A stretch of DNA of 64,000 bases. Source: Nageia nagi (taxonomy: Eukaryota > Plantae > Pinophyta). The translations under genes were made by a program, and so were the position numbers. Each line of letters begins with the position of its first letter. Position 1 is the stretch's first letter. Where the stretch lies: NCBI GenBank assembly GCA_050084985.1, contig JBITNC010000001.1, positions 199,082,001-199,146,000 of the forward strand, read 5' to 3'. Under the pieces are notes generated by a model, which was not told the origin of the DNA, ran no database searches, and worked only from the letters and a program-made list of their open reading frames with translations. This document shows, piece by piece, positions 26,801-39,355 of the stretch.

Positions 26801-28931
26801 AATTTTGGGCATTTTTAGGGACCAAAAAGGCTAGGCGCAGGTTTTAGGATGTTTAGGCAAGTTTTGAAAAATGAAAAAATGAGGGATAACTTGCAAAACC
26901 AACGCCTACCTTTTAGGGGGGCAAAAATTAGTTTTTGATCAAATTTGCAAGAGGCAAAGATGATTGCATTTGGATTTTGAACACTACCTTTCTTTCCAAT
27001 TTTGTTTTTGGGATTTTTGAAATTTCTTGGAAAATTTTGGAGCTCTCCCATTGGCTGATCCAAATTTTGGGATTTTGAGGGAGTAGATCAACTTTTTTCC
27101 AAAAACTTAAAACATGAAAGAGATGCAAAATTGGATTTCCATACTCCTAGGATAAAAAATTTTGATTTTTGAGCAAAAATGAGGGCTTGCAAGCTAGGCG
27201 TAGGTTTTAGGGCTTTGGCATGTTTTTTGGAAATTTAGAAAATGGCAGAAACAAGCCAAAACTGCCGCCTAGCTTTTTGAGGGGGTAAACTTGGTTTTTT
27301 TGCAACATTGCAAGAGGGAATGTTGATCTCCTTTGAATTTTGCACCCTACCTCACTTTCCTTTTTTGATTTGACCAATTTCGGAAAATTTTGAGAAAATT
27401 TGGAGCTCTCTCATTGGTCAATCGAAATTTGATGATTTGAGGAGGTAGATTTCATTTTTTTAGGAAAGTCAAATCATCAAACTTGTGTGGAATCCCATCC
27501 TACACCCCATCAAGGTCAAAATTTTCAATTTTTTTCAATTTTGGGGCTCAAGAAGGGTAGGTGCAGGTTTTGAGGTATTTAGGCCATTTTTCCAAATTTT
27601 GGAATTTGAGGGAAACAAGGCAAAACCAATGCCTAGCTTTAGGAGGGTCAAAATTTGCTCAATTTGAAAATTCCAAGTTGAAAGATGCCTGATTTTTGAT
27701 TTGCCACCCTACCTCACTCTTAAATTTTCATTTTGAAACTTTTGGGAATTTTGGAAATCTTGGAGCATTCTCATTGGCTGCCCTTTTGCTCAATTTCCTA
27801 TTTTCTCACTTTTGGTGGAGCAAAACTCGTCGAAATCACGAACTTGAAAGACCAATTTGATGTAGAATTGTGATCCCCACACTCCTGAGCTCAAAAATTG
27901 CCATTTTAGATCAATCTGGTCCTCCCGAAAGGTAAGCGCAGGGTTTGAGGGGAATATGGCCCTGTACCCCTCTCTCAGATTTTCATTACGAGCACTTTGG
28001 AAAGAACTCAATTTTCGGACTCAAATCGAAGCTTTTCGGAGGCCAAAACACTCATTTCTTGATCCTTGCCCATAAGGGCGCTCAAACTTGTTTTCCTTGT
28101 TCATCCTGGGCTATAATGTACATTCTTGACCTTCTCCGTCTTTTACGGGCCCAAACAATGGCATTTTTGAACATTTCTGAGCTTGAATGGTGAGAAAATG
28201 ATCATTTTCAACATTTCCAGTATTTCGAGCTCAAAGTCTATTTCCGGCCTGTCCGAACTCAAGATATGCAAAAACGCTCATTTTTTGTCTTTTTGGGCAT
28301 TTTCAAGCAATTTGAGCTCAAACTTGCATTTTTGGTCATTTCTGAGCTTTAAGGGTTCAAATCGTACAAAAACACACATTTTCAGCATAGTGACCACTTC
28401 CGGGCTCAAAATTGACTAAATGCGCTTTTCTTTGTTACTAACCATTTTCTGGCTCCTTGGGCTCAAAATTCACAAAAACACACTTTTTGGTTGTAGATGC
28501 CCTTTCCGGGCTCAATTTGTGCAAAAACGTGCATTTTTGTCATCTTAATTGTATCCACTGCTCTTGGGCTCCAACTCGACGAAAAACACACCTTTTGTTG
28601 TCTTGTTGCCTTTGTGGCTCAACTTTGCCAAAACGACACCTTTTTTGCCTTGATGGCCATTCGCTCAAAACTCCACTGTTTGGTTGCTGTTGCGATCCAA
28701 AACTTTGTCCTCTGATACACTGTTCGAGGCCAAGCGCTAACTTGGCCACTGGCTGAGTTGAACTGTTTCCATGACTCCGAGGCATGCTCGTGCATTGTTT
28801 GATCAATTCATCGTTCTAGGTCTCCATATCGGTCGTAAGTTGATCATGTCCAGACAATGTTACTCGTTGCTGTTTAAAAAAAATGGGTCCCCAAAATGCT
28901 GCATCTTGGGGTGTGTTGTGCAAGCACAACA
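23808..28931 (-). mobile_element. Giant solo LTR ('family B', 5124 bp)
   Basis: TATTGG...CACAACA termini; TSD GAATC/TAATC; ends homologous to 50419-54277; internal ~364-bp repeats. Confidence 0.8.
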
Positions 28932-31054
28932 TAATCCCTTTCCAGGAGGCACGCAACTATTAGCAACAACCTTAGAAGAACAAAGGTTTTATACACAATT
29001 CAAGAGGGCAAACAGTACGAGCTCATCATCCCAAAATACAAATAGAAAATGTTTAGAGGGCAATATTTACCACAAATATCCAACCTTTTATTCAATAGAG
29101 GTCACTTGTATTTATAGAAGAATTTACAAGGGCTGAGATGGTTTTCCTATCTACTAAATTGATTAAAAAATGTAAGCTGTAAGAGCTTATAGATTACAAA
29201 ATAAGATCTAGAGATCTTTTGATAGATATTTACATATGTCGGATCTCAAAATCGCATCCTTGGAAGATCATATTGATCCAGAGCCATAATATTGAGAAGA
29301 AATGCTGTATCTTCTTGATATGCAATTGTACTTCAGGGTATGAGTCATTCCTTGAGGTTTTCGACCATAAATTCCTTGATTTGAACGTTGCTGACTGATG
29401 TTTGATTGGGGTTAGGGTTTGCTTTGATTGAACCCGATATTTGCAGCTGGAAGTCCTTTGGATCTGATCGCTTTAGGAGTTATTATAGAGCGCCTAATAG
29501 TCTTTGTCTCCTTACTATGATTAAATTGTCGACAAAAATGTAGTTGCCGCAGTAATTACCTCGATCGATGACCCAACAATCAACTTCAGAATGTCAAGTC
29601 TAAGTTAGTCGGTAGCACAATAACCCTTTTTTCTTCAATACTTAGGTGATAAATTTGAATCCATAAGTACATGATGGATTGATGCTATTGAAGACCTAAT
29701 CGCTCATTCCAGACTGGATCTGTAGGTTTCTTGGTGAAATCTGAATCGATCCGGAGTGTCTGAGAGCAAATCCGCATCTATTCTGAAAAAATCCAGGCTG
29801 TGGAGTTGATGTGATGACGTAGGCCTTCTCAGGACACATGGTAGCTACTAAGGAGCTATATTTTATATTGCTTTTTAGACAGTCCAGGATGCAGAGTTGT
29901 TTGAAGTGAGGTAAGCAATTCCAGAATGTGGAAGGACACATGGCAACTTCTCAGACGGTGATGATTTGTATTCCTTTTTGCTGTATCCGGAGTCATCAGT
30001 AACCTTGATTGTTAGCGTTCGGATTGCGGAATAGGGATTTTCAATGTATTCGGGGTGCGAAATGTCTGTAATGGCATCAGCCTTTTCCAGAGTGTAGATT
30101 TCCTTGCCGAAGAGCCTAAGTGATCCTTTACAGATGTGGATCAGCTACCATGATGTCATGTTTCCACGGATTTTCTTTGTTTTGTATGCAGAAGGGCCTC
30201 AACTTCTTCACCTTGGGTTGCAAAATAAGTTATGATGATGTCACTTTCTCCGGAGTGCGGATTTGCCTTAGGATTATTTAAAACTTGCAAATAAACAAAA
30301 CTTTAGAAGAAATAATAATCCAAATAAATAAAAATAAGTGCGGAACAGGAATAGCAGGACCTTAACAATTATCAAATACAAAGCATACTTATGTGTCATG
30401 CAATGATCATCCATTTGAGCAAGATGACCATCTTTGAACAAAGAAATGGAATCAAATACACAAGCATAGTCATACACAACATTTAGAGCCAAGGCACAGT
30501 CATTTTAATTAAAATTGATGACACTATGTACAAAATCATGTCTACACACACTTTTGCACGGAACAATTCATTGACCTATCGTTACAGTTTCATCATTTTT
30601 CCATTGGGTCAGTTCCTATTTATTATTCATTCTATGAACAGTATCTATTGCATAGCGCCCTGAAGGTCTCTACCTTCCTAACTAGCATGTAGGAAAACTA
30701 ATGCATAACTATTACTCCTTTTGATGTGTAAAGAGATCATCATTGCATACAAATGAATACCAGTCATTCAAACATGATGAGGACAGTTTCCAACATGGTA
30801 TGGTATGCGTAACTATTCTCATATGTAATGTTCTCTAGGGTGGTGGTCACAATAATTATGAAATGAGCAATCCCTACTAATTATATATATATTACTTCAG
30901 CTTGCAACTAATATTTGCTAGGTTTAAGACTTGATTATACTGTTGTAGACTAATGACCTACTTCATATGAAGCCCATATATGACTATGCAACTGTAGTTC
31001 AATTATCCTGCTGCAAATAAAAGATATTTGACTTATTATGTATGTATATGGCAA

Positions 31055-32473
31055 TGTAATAATAGCTTGAAAATACTGTTGCAAATACAAAAGCTGATCC
31101 GAAATGGATTTCAAAGTTAAAAAAAAAAGTGATTTTTCAAGTTTATAATTTTGTTAATTATTCTCTTCCATATTAAAGAGATCTCTTCCATGATTCCAAT
31201 GCTTCAAACGGTGAATAAAACGGAGCTATGGTTTGTAAGTTATGGCTTTTCAAAATTTGGAGTTAAATATAAAAAATACAAAATATGCATGAAAGGCTCT
31301 ATTTATGGAGTCACCAGGAGCAGCTCAGGTTGATTCATAGTTTGAAATTTGAATTATTGGTACCTCAAATTATGGTGAACATGTGGTTAAAATATGAATT
31401 CATTTGCATTAAAGAATTGAAAGTTATGGTGCTCACAAAATGGCTAATTATCATTCTGCATTCATGACAGACAATTTTGACAGCTGCTAGGTGCAAATCT
31501 GCGTTGGAGGCCAACTTGATGATGATGCTTGGAGCTACCAATAAGGATTTAAAACGTGAAATTTGGACCAGTTAAGCTACATATATCCAAGAACACTTGG
31601 ATAAAATTTCATGACATTTAGAATTATGGTCATGAAGTTGTGGTCATGCCAAAATAGCACCGTAAGCAGTTTTCACAGTTTTGCAAAATCCAAAAAGATA
31701 TGAGAATATAACTATATGAGGCCAAAACAATGCTACGAGAATACAAATGAGGGAGATTATTGTTGTGAGGATGAGAGATCATATTGTAAAGGAGGAAAAA
31801 TAACAAATATTATCTTATGACCATGTAACCATAAATTCCAAATTTGTAATCTCTTAATGTTATAAAAAGGAACATGGAGTATGGAAAATGGTAATTCCTT
31901 TTTAGTGGATTTTCCTTCTAAGAGGGAGTTAGTGTAGGTTTGAAAAGAATGTAGAAGACTCCATTTTATTGTAAACTCCATGGAAAATAACATAACCATA
32001 AGAGTAATATTGGAGGTGCATTTTAAGCTTGCATAGAAGAAGAAAAAGAAGATGGAAAAGATTATTGCCATGGAGAAAGAAGTGGACGACATAATCATCA
32101 TGATGGAAAAAAAGAAAAAAGACAAAGAGTAGTTATAAAGATGTTAACCCAGGACAAAAGATATGGAATTATGCTTCAAGACTTTTGTTGGAAAGAGAGT
32201 CGTCTTCAACAAAGTGATTTGGTGGAGATCCTACGATGATTTTGTGTTTCAGCTTCGACAAACAAAAGAGTGAAGCAAGAAAGATCATACAAGTGACATT
32301 GTAAAATGGACTCTACGATAATGGATCGACTTTTGTTGGATGTAGATTACATTGATAGAACATTGGTAAATATTTGTGTTATACTTTTGTGTGATTGTTT
32401 AAATTTGATTTCCGCAAGCACTAAAATGAACAAAGTGTGAAGATCCAAATTAAATCCTGAAGTAGGGTTTACA
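31055..32473. repeat. Probable decayed LTR or other TE fragment
   Basis: TGTAA...TTACA ends and TE-like composition; no TSD found. Confidence 0.3.
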
Positions 32474-35218
32474 GATCAAAAGCTATCAATTGTGACGACT
32501 ATGTAATCATGATTTAAACATACTCCTGAAAATACAGGCCTTATATTTTGACCTATGATTGTGGGGTAAGCTACTAATCATGGAAATTGACTTCATAATC
32601 ATTCCATTGCACTACCTGCATAGATAATGTTTTTCTACAACCAATCATTGCAAGGACTGGTCTGCTGTCAAATAAATCATAACAAGGACAAAACTGTCAT
32701 ATCCTCTACTATTACAGGTGGAGTAATCTATTCTTCTCTTTATGCATACGATTTATAATATCTAGAAGCATTGATCATACTCTTTTATGAGGTTCATCCA
32801 CGATTGAGCAAAAATATATATCCAGCTTTGTCCATCTTTTACTACTGGACATGTGCAATGTGGGGTCCTTAAGCTTCACATCACTGCCTGGCTTGAATCA
32901 TAGCCTCACCATCTTTCAAAAATATATGATATAATTAATCTGTTCTATATTCATGCTTACACTTGAGACTTGACAAATGCATGCTAGTGTCATTTGACCA
33001 TATGTATACATCCTTACATGTATTATAACTGTTCAAAAAGTAAAACAACATCATGCATCTCAAACTGTTTACTAGTGCTACTTTAGTATCATAAGACCAA
33101 TCTTAATTGTATCAATCATACAAGCTGTACAGAAGTTAACAACAATATAAATTGAACTAGGTTTTAATCCCTTATGCAATTCTATGCAAAATGCACACAA
33201 AATAAATGTTCATTATTAAATGAAAATTCTTCCAAGTATGGGGATACGTCCAAACAAGCCCTTGTAGCTAAATGCTACTTATGAAATTTCCAAACAAACC
33301 TCTAATATGTAATGAAACAGAACTGAGATGTTGCAAATCCAACAACTCATAGCTACATGCTACCTACTAAATATACTCATATCTCTAATATGCAATGAAA
33401 CGGATCTGAGATGTTGCAAATCCAGCAACCACTACTTCGAGCTCTTTCACGAGGCTGAATAGTGAAAAGGCTATTGTATTGACCCACTCCATGGGATCTG
33501 CTTCTAAATGTGCAATTCAACAATCCATTTGAACAACTCATGCTCACACTATGCTCATAAAGTCATAGTGACCTAAGCTTGCACGGAAAAACCCATTTTA
33601 AAATATCATAAATCATTGTTGTGTATTTGGGAAGGAGAGGTCTGTTGCAGTCCTGGCAGCATTGAAACTCTCGTCACAAAAGCATAGTATGTGTGTGAGG
33701 TGTTCCACTTCCTACTTTCCTAATTCATCTTCTTCATCTTCTCCCTTCTCTATTCCCTTGTTTCTCTCTACTTACTATTTCTTTTATTCTTTTGATTTTC
33801 TTCTTTTTCTAGTTCTTTTTTATTCCTGTACACCTAATACATCCCAAATATGCAGCTCCCTAATTAAAGTTAAGGTGATTAAAAAGCAATTGGTGACACA
33901 CAAACAACTAGTTTTTCAAGAATAGATCACAGAAAGTGGTAACACAAATCCTATTCGAATGCAACAAACCATAAAGCTGATAAAATATCAAACACAAATC
34001 ACAAATAAACCATCCACCACGCACCATGGATCAATTATGGCAGATAAGATCAATCCGTGATCTCTGCTCCCAAGTCGGTCTGTTTGATTCTGCCAACAGC
34101 CACGTGTCAGTAGTCATAACCATCATCATAATCATAAAGTAAGGACAGATTATTTAACTAAACAAAAAGTGGATACTACAGTATAAATCTGCATACAAGG
34201 CCCTCTTCGTCATCATCATAATCATAAAGTAAAGAAAGAATATTTAACCAAACAAAAAGTGGATACTACAATATAAATCTGCATACAAGTCTCTCTCTCT
34301 GACCATTAAGCAAGGAGGGCTCAAATAATTTCAAGTTCTTCACAGCAACCATCGTGTACATCTGCATATGGGCCTGTTGGCCAAGGCACAGCTGTATCAT
34401 ATTTCCAACCTGACTTGCGGATTGTCCTATATTGGTCATGACTTGCTTACACTACAACTAACCTTTTTCAACCTCTTGCCTATCTTCTGGTGTAGTGGCT
34501 GAATCTTTTGGAGGAAACTGAGTGCCTTGTCTAAATCTGAAGTCCTGGCCCCATCATTGCCTGTCATTCTCTTTAATGCCATCAAAATATGGTTGTAGAG
34601 GGAAGCGCTAGCACACTTCAATGGACAAAAGCTGAGTGAAACTATGCATTTTCAGGTTATGACAATGTTGAACATAGGGCAGAGTTTCATACCATTACCA
34701 AGGATCTCTTTGATAGAAACCTTCTCAGCAAGTGGACCAATGTTCTATTCACAATTTCCGTTCTTCTAAAGTAAAAGAATTGTTCAAATAAAATATAGTA
34801 AAGGAAAATTGTCAGAAACTTTTCCAGACTTACTACTATCTCTAAGTAAAAGAGACTAACTTTTAAATAATGATGCTTGTATTTCTTCAGTCTTTTGAAT
34901 GACTAGCTTTTCTGTGTAGCTAATGTTACTTTTCCCACAAGGATTGATAATCTATAGCAAATCTCCTATTTTGATCAGTACCTACTAGGGGTTTTCTTTC
35001 TGCATTGTGTCTGCCTTTATTAATGACATTCTTCTTAATGCTTCTAGTTTCCAAGTTCTATTAAATTGGTACTGCACTGCCATATTTCAGATTTCACTAT
35101 GTAAGTTAGGACCTGGTATTCCAGTATTACAGTTTATAATGTCAGGTAGGATCTTGTAATCCAAATTTGCAACGGATATTGTATTCTTCCTAATCTGAGG
35201 AACAATTTATCAATGCAG

Positions 35219-35273
35219 AAATAAGACTATTGAAATCAGTCCAGCAGGGAAGCTGAATCCTGGTAAAACAGAG
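35219..35273 (+). CDS. VPS26C: VPS26C exon 4
   Basis: TGCAG acceptor; A completes the ATA codon, then NKTIEISPAGKLNPGKTE (cf. KKTIEVKSSGKIPPGTTE); GAG|GTAAAT donor; phase matches exon 3. Confidence 0.9.
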
Positions 35274-35339
35274 GTAAATATCTTAATATATTTTTTATTG
35301 TTGCAGTGATGAAAACTTGTAAAGTGTCTGATTGTTTCA

Positions 35340-35960
35340 TTTGAATTGGAAGATGGAAATGGTACTCATGACAATTACGGAGCCGTTATAACTGTTAGGA
35401 AGGTAATAAGTAATGCATCAACTTCAAGACAATTAAGTTGGAAGGTGACTGACATAATTCAAGACACTCTACAGCTATTAGAATCATTTGAAGCTTACGA
35501 ATCAAGCCATCTTCGTAGAGAAGGAACAGTGCTGTGGATTGGTTGGTAAACTTGGGTATTCTTAGAGAAGTGGATAAGAGATTGATTTTCCTGGATATTT
35601 TCCCTTCTGATCTGATTCTAATTGGGGAAATGAGTCGAACTTAAATGGGAATAGAAAGGTTTAACATCAGAAAAATTTATCCCAGTTTGTTTATACTTAT
35701 AGGCATAATCTGTTGGATTCAATTGGTGCATGGATCTCTTTTTGAAAGTGGTTTCTAAAAGCTGGCTTGATTCAAGAATTCTTTTGTAGCTTTTTGAAGC
35801 AAGGACTAACATTTTTAGCTGTCTTTTCAGCTTGTTTTTGATTTTTTCTTTTGTTAGGTTGGTTGATGGTTTCTAGGCGAGTAATATCTGGCTAGCCTTC
35901 TTTTGAGTTGTATAAGGATATGGGCCTTTTCAAACCCTATTACAAAATAAAAAATAACAA
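35340..35960 (+). mobile_element. 5'-truncated L1 LINE 3' end (RNase H-like domain, 3' UTR, A-rich tail)
   Basis: SWKVTDIIQDTLQLLESFEAYESSHLRREG resembles the plant L1 RNase H-like motif SW...FE....H..REGN; T-rich UTR; AAAATAAAAAATAA end. Confidence 0.75.
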
Positions 35961-36289
35961 TTTAACTGAAGAGCATAAAGGAAAGAAAAGATGCTATGAA
36001 AAATGTTAGTATTGATGTGAAAACCATGAATGAGGTTTGTCAAACACATAGTTACAGTATCTAGTTGAAGTGCCTTAATGTTTTTCGTTCTCAAAACCCT
36101 TACACAACTTTGGTGGGCTAAAAAATCAAGCAAATTCATAATGCCTACATGTTGGGCCTTCTGAGCCAGAATGACCATGAATTGGGCTATTCGAGCCAAC
36201 AAAGCTAGAACAAGCATGATTTGTGCCTATTGAACATGAAAAATTTCAAATAGCAGAAATAGAAAAATAACTATTTCAGAATTATCTTC

Positions 36290-36545
36290 TGGATTATCAT
36301 CTTCAAAATTATTTACAGAGTTACTCAGATCTGTCTTCTAACTGAAGCTAGGGTTTGCCCTCCAAGATTACAAACTGTTTGCCAGCAAACTTCAAATCCT
36401 TCATCCTCCAAATATGTTTTTTCTGTATCTCTTGTGAATTTGCACGATCCTAATTATACTGCATATAATTATTAATCTATTTTTACTCTATAGACATCAT
36501 AAATGTGCGTGTTTTAATACATTGATCATTATTATTGTGTCTACA
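36290..36545 (-). repeat. Old LTR-like fragment, inverted relative to 15623-15900
   Basis: Minus-strand start TGTAGACAC; visual alignment with the 15.6 kb copy. Confidence 0.6.
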
Positions 36546-36905
36546 TCCTCCTTTGTCAATTGAAGTTTTGTTAAAATATTCAAAACACTCCCCATGGGTG
36601 CATTATTCTCAGAAGCTATCAAATTTATTTTTGTTAACATGATGATTTCTTCTATGCTACAGGCAGACAAAAAAAACGCATTGAACCAAATGAATGTGCC
36701 TTATGTGATCCATAAAAAATGAACATAGTCTATGGCAAAGTTAATAGGAAACTTGTAGATATTGGAAACACTCAAATGGAATTTAAATAGAAGTCTTGAT
36801 TTTGTTTTCGTAATGAAGAAACTACTGCTATACAGATAAGAATCACAGGAATGACTCTTTGAATTAAAATTTGGTACAATATCTATAATTTAATACTATA
36901 GTAAG

Positions 36906-38918
36906 TTTTTTTTTTTATTAACAGGTAAATTTTGTATTAATAAAAAAAATGTGAAGTTTATAAGGTTCTTCACCAACTTTTACAAAAAGAGCTTCTTTGA
37001 AACACTTTTCTCTGTGCTGCATTCTCCTTACTAGAACATCAAAACCCACCGACCAAACATTTCTTTAAACTTGCTATGACTAAGAGAAACTTTCTTCAAA
37101 GTGACGAAGCTACTGAGATAGGGTTTTCCAACAGGCCTATCTTTTTAGGAAACTTTACATTAATGACTACATACCCATATATATATATATATAGAAGTAC
37201 AAAAATCTATAAGCCTAATAAATGAAGAAAAACCATGTAGTCAACTACTCAAAAGTTTTAGAAGGTTCTAAATCATTTCTTCATAGTTGTACTTCTATAT
37301 ATATATATATATATATATATAGAAGTACAAAAATCTATAAGCCTTGTAAATGAAGAAAAACCATGTAGTCAACTACCCAAAAGTTTTAGAAGGTTCTAAA
37401 TCATTTCTTCATAATTGAACTTGTAGAATTTGATGTAGGTCTTCCTGAGCAAAATCTCTTTAAGACCTGGATGCTTCCCACCCTCTTCATACTTCGTACT
37501 TTTTGCTTCTCTTTTGAGCCTGGCCTCTTTAAACATCTCCTTGTGTAGCTTAGGAATCAAAGCTTTCTTGAAGCCTAATGAAATCCCTTTAGTTTCTATT
37601 TCTGGGTGTCTAGCTCTGTTTCTTTGGCTGTTTTACCTTTGGTTCAGTTGGATACTTGGTCGGGATTATCTGTGATCTCCATCTTTTTCTGAATCATCAA
37701 AAAGTCTTGGTCCCTGCTCTTGAAATTCTCATTGATCTTTCTAATCTTAAACTGTATAGGGGGAGTTTGATCTTCCAAATTTACTACTTGAAATCCTGGA
37801 AAATCTGCTGCATTATGCTCTGAAGTCCCTCCTTCTTGTATGGCATTCACGGTTGTTGAAGAATAAAGGTCTCTTAACCTTTGAGACCTCCTAATTAAAT
37901 TTCTAGTGCCCCCTTTTTTGACTGTGTTGTCTTCCGTTAACACCTGTTGGCTACCTACCTGAGTTTGCTGTTCTAGGCCTACTAACTTTGACCCACTTTC
38001 AGTGAAACTGGTGCATTATTTTGAAACCCCCTCTGTACTTTTGACCGCCGAAGATATACTGCTTTCTTTTGATGCATAAAGAAGTGCTATTTTATGGATA
38101 GCATCCAATGGGTGCTCTTGAGGTTCATTATTCAAAGGATACCTCCCTACCATTCACCCTGCATCTACCTTTCTCCCATGACCTTGCTACCTCTAGAGAA
38201 AGCCCGTCATCATGCCCTTAGCATGCATTAATAAAGTTCTCCAATCCTCCCTCACATATTATGTTCCATACTAGAGGGTTACTTTTGACCTCATCCGGGG
38301 AGGAAGGCTTCACTCTTACCAAGTATCCTCCCATGTTCGCAGCTCTGAATCTCTTTTGCTTCACTTCTCAAACTAACAGTGTAGTTTGTAGGAAACGCGA
38401 TTTTGGATTTCTATTTTCCAATCCCTTGCCACCCTCGACAATTATGGCAAGCAAGTGCCTTTCGTCATTCTCCTTTCTCTGACAATGCTTCTCATGCTTG
38501 ATGGGAAAGCTGGACTAGGGTGGCTCATGGTGAGTCATTGGGAGTCGAAATTGGGACCTTGAGATGATGCCCTATTTTCCATTGTTATTGACAAGTCAGA
38601 GATCCGGTGCAGCTCCTTGGAAATCCCACTTACCTCCAAGTCATCCTAATAGGACAGGCACCATTCTCCATCCACTATGAGTTAGAGGTTCTTCTACTAA
38701 TAATTTGGGCCAGGTTTTACAAAGTTCACTAAAATAGGACTTCAACGCGTAGGCACAAAAAATCATGTTCCAACGTGGCATGATGATTGAGAGTCTTGAA
38801 GCCTTTGACTAACAAATGTTACTAGTGAGTCACCTACCCTCAACTCCGCTCCTTCTTAAGAGATCAATTTTTGAAACAACAGCTCCGTATCTACCCCATC
38901 CTCTGCCCTGTAATACCT
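36906..38918 (-). mobile_element. Poly(A)-tailed retroposed element with cargo ORF
   Basis: T11 at 36906-36916 (minus strand ...CCTGTTAATAAAAAAAAAAA); TAGTAAG flanks at 36899-36905 and 38919-38925; ORF relic from ATG 38334. Confidence 0.6.
37178..37425. repeat. ~130-bp tandem duplication with (AT)n and a 44-bp palindrome at the junction
   Basis: AGAAGTACAAAAATCTATAAGCC...CATTTCTTCATA occurs twice. Confidence 0.9.
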
Positions 38919-39355
38919 TAGTAAGTTAGTCTTCATAGCCTCAGTCTTTTGATGTTCTAGGAGTGGTAGAAGTATTGCACTTAGCCTGAATCAACCTTTG
39001 GACTGTCTTTTATAAATATTTGTTTAAGTACATCATAAGGGTTGAAACACCAAATTCCCACCAATGAATTGGTAAGGCAAACAAATTAATTGCCAAATTA
39101 CAACAAATTAACAATTTGACAGTTTCTATATAGCCTCTGAGAAATTCTCCGCATATTAGCTAACAAAATAGCTGTTTAGTTGAACTATGAATCTTAAAGA
39201 TTTGTTTGCTTTTATGACACTCTGTGTTATTAACTCAATAATTTTAACAAATTTTTGACATAATGAAGAGGGTTCACATGATCCTTTTTTGTTGGTAGTT
39301 TTGAAATTCTGTAAGGCTTTGGCTTGAATTCATTACTCTTCAAGAAATTGGTCCA

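Larger units (their letters stand above)
19810..30367 (-). mobile_element. Decayed LTR element: 5' LTR 28958-30367 then a long accessory ORF, no gag/pol seen
   Basis: LTR termini TGTTAAGG/GCTAATA on minus; ORF relics 23455-20511; carries two nested solo LTRs; left limit uncertain. Confidence 0.5.

Noticed and set aside
33303-34290. Two ~85-bp local tandem duplications
   Set aside because: Ordinary slippage or repair duplications with no further structure
34436-34770. Possible extra exon (TTTCAG|GTTATG at ~34656) or minus-strand ORF
   Set aside because: No recognisable similarity, weak donor, and exons 3 and 4 join without a gap
13246-35218. U12-type intron (TTCCTAAT upstream of exon 4)
   Set aside because: The donor is GTATGT, not the U12 consensus GTATCCTT
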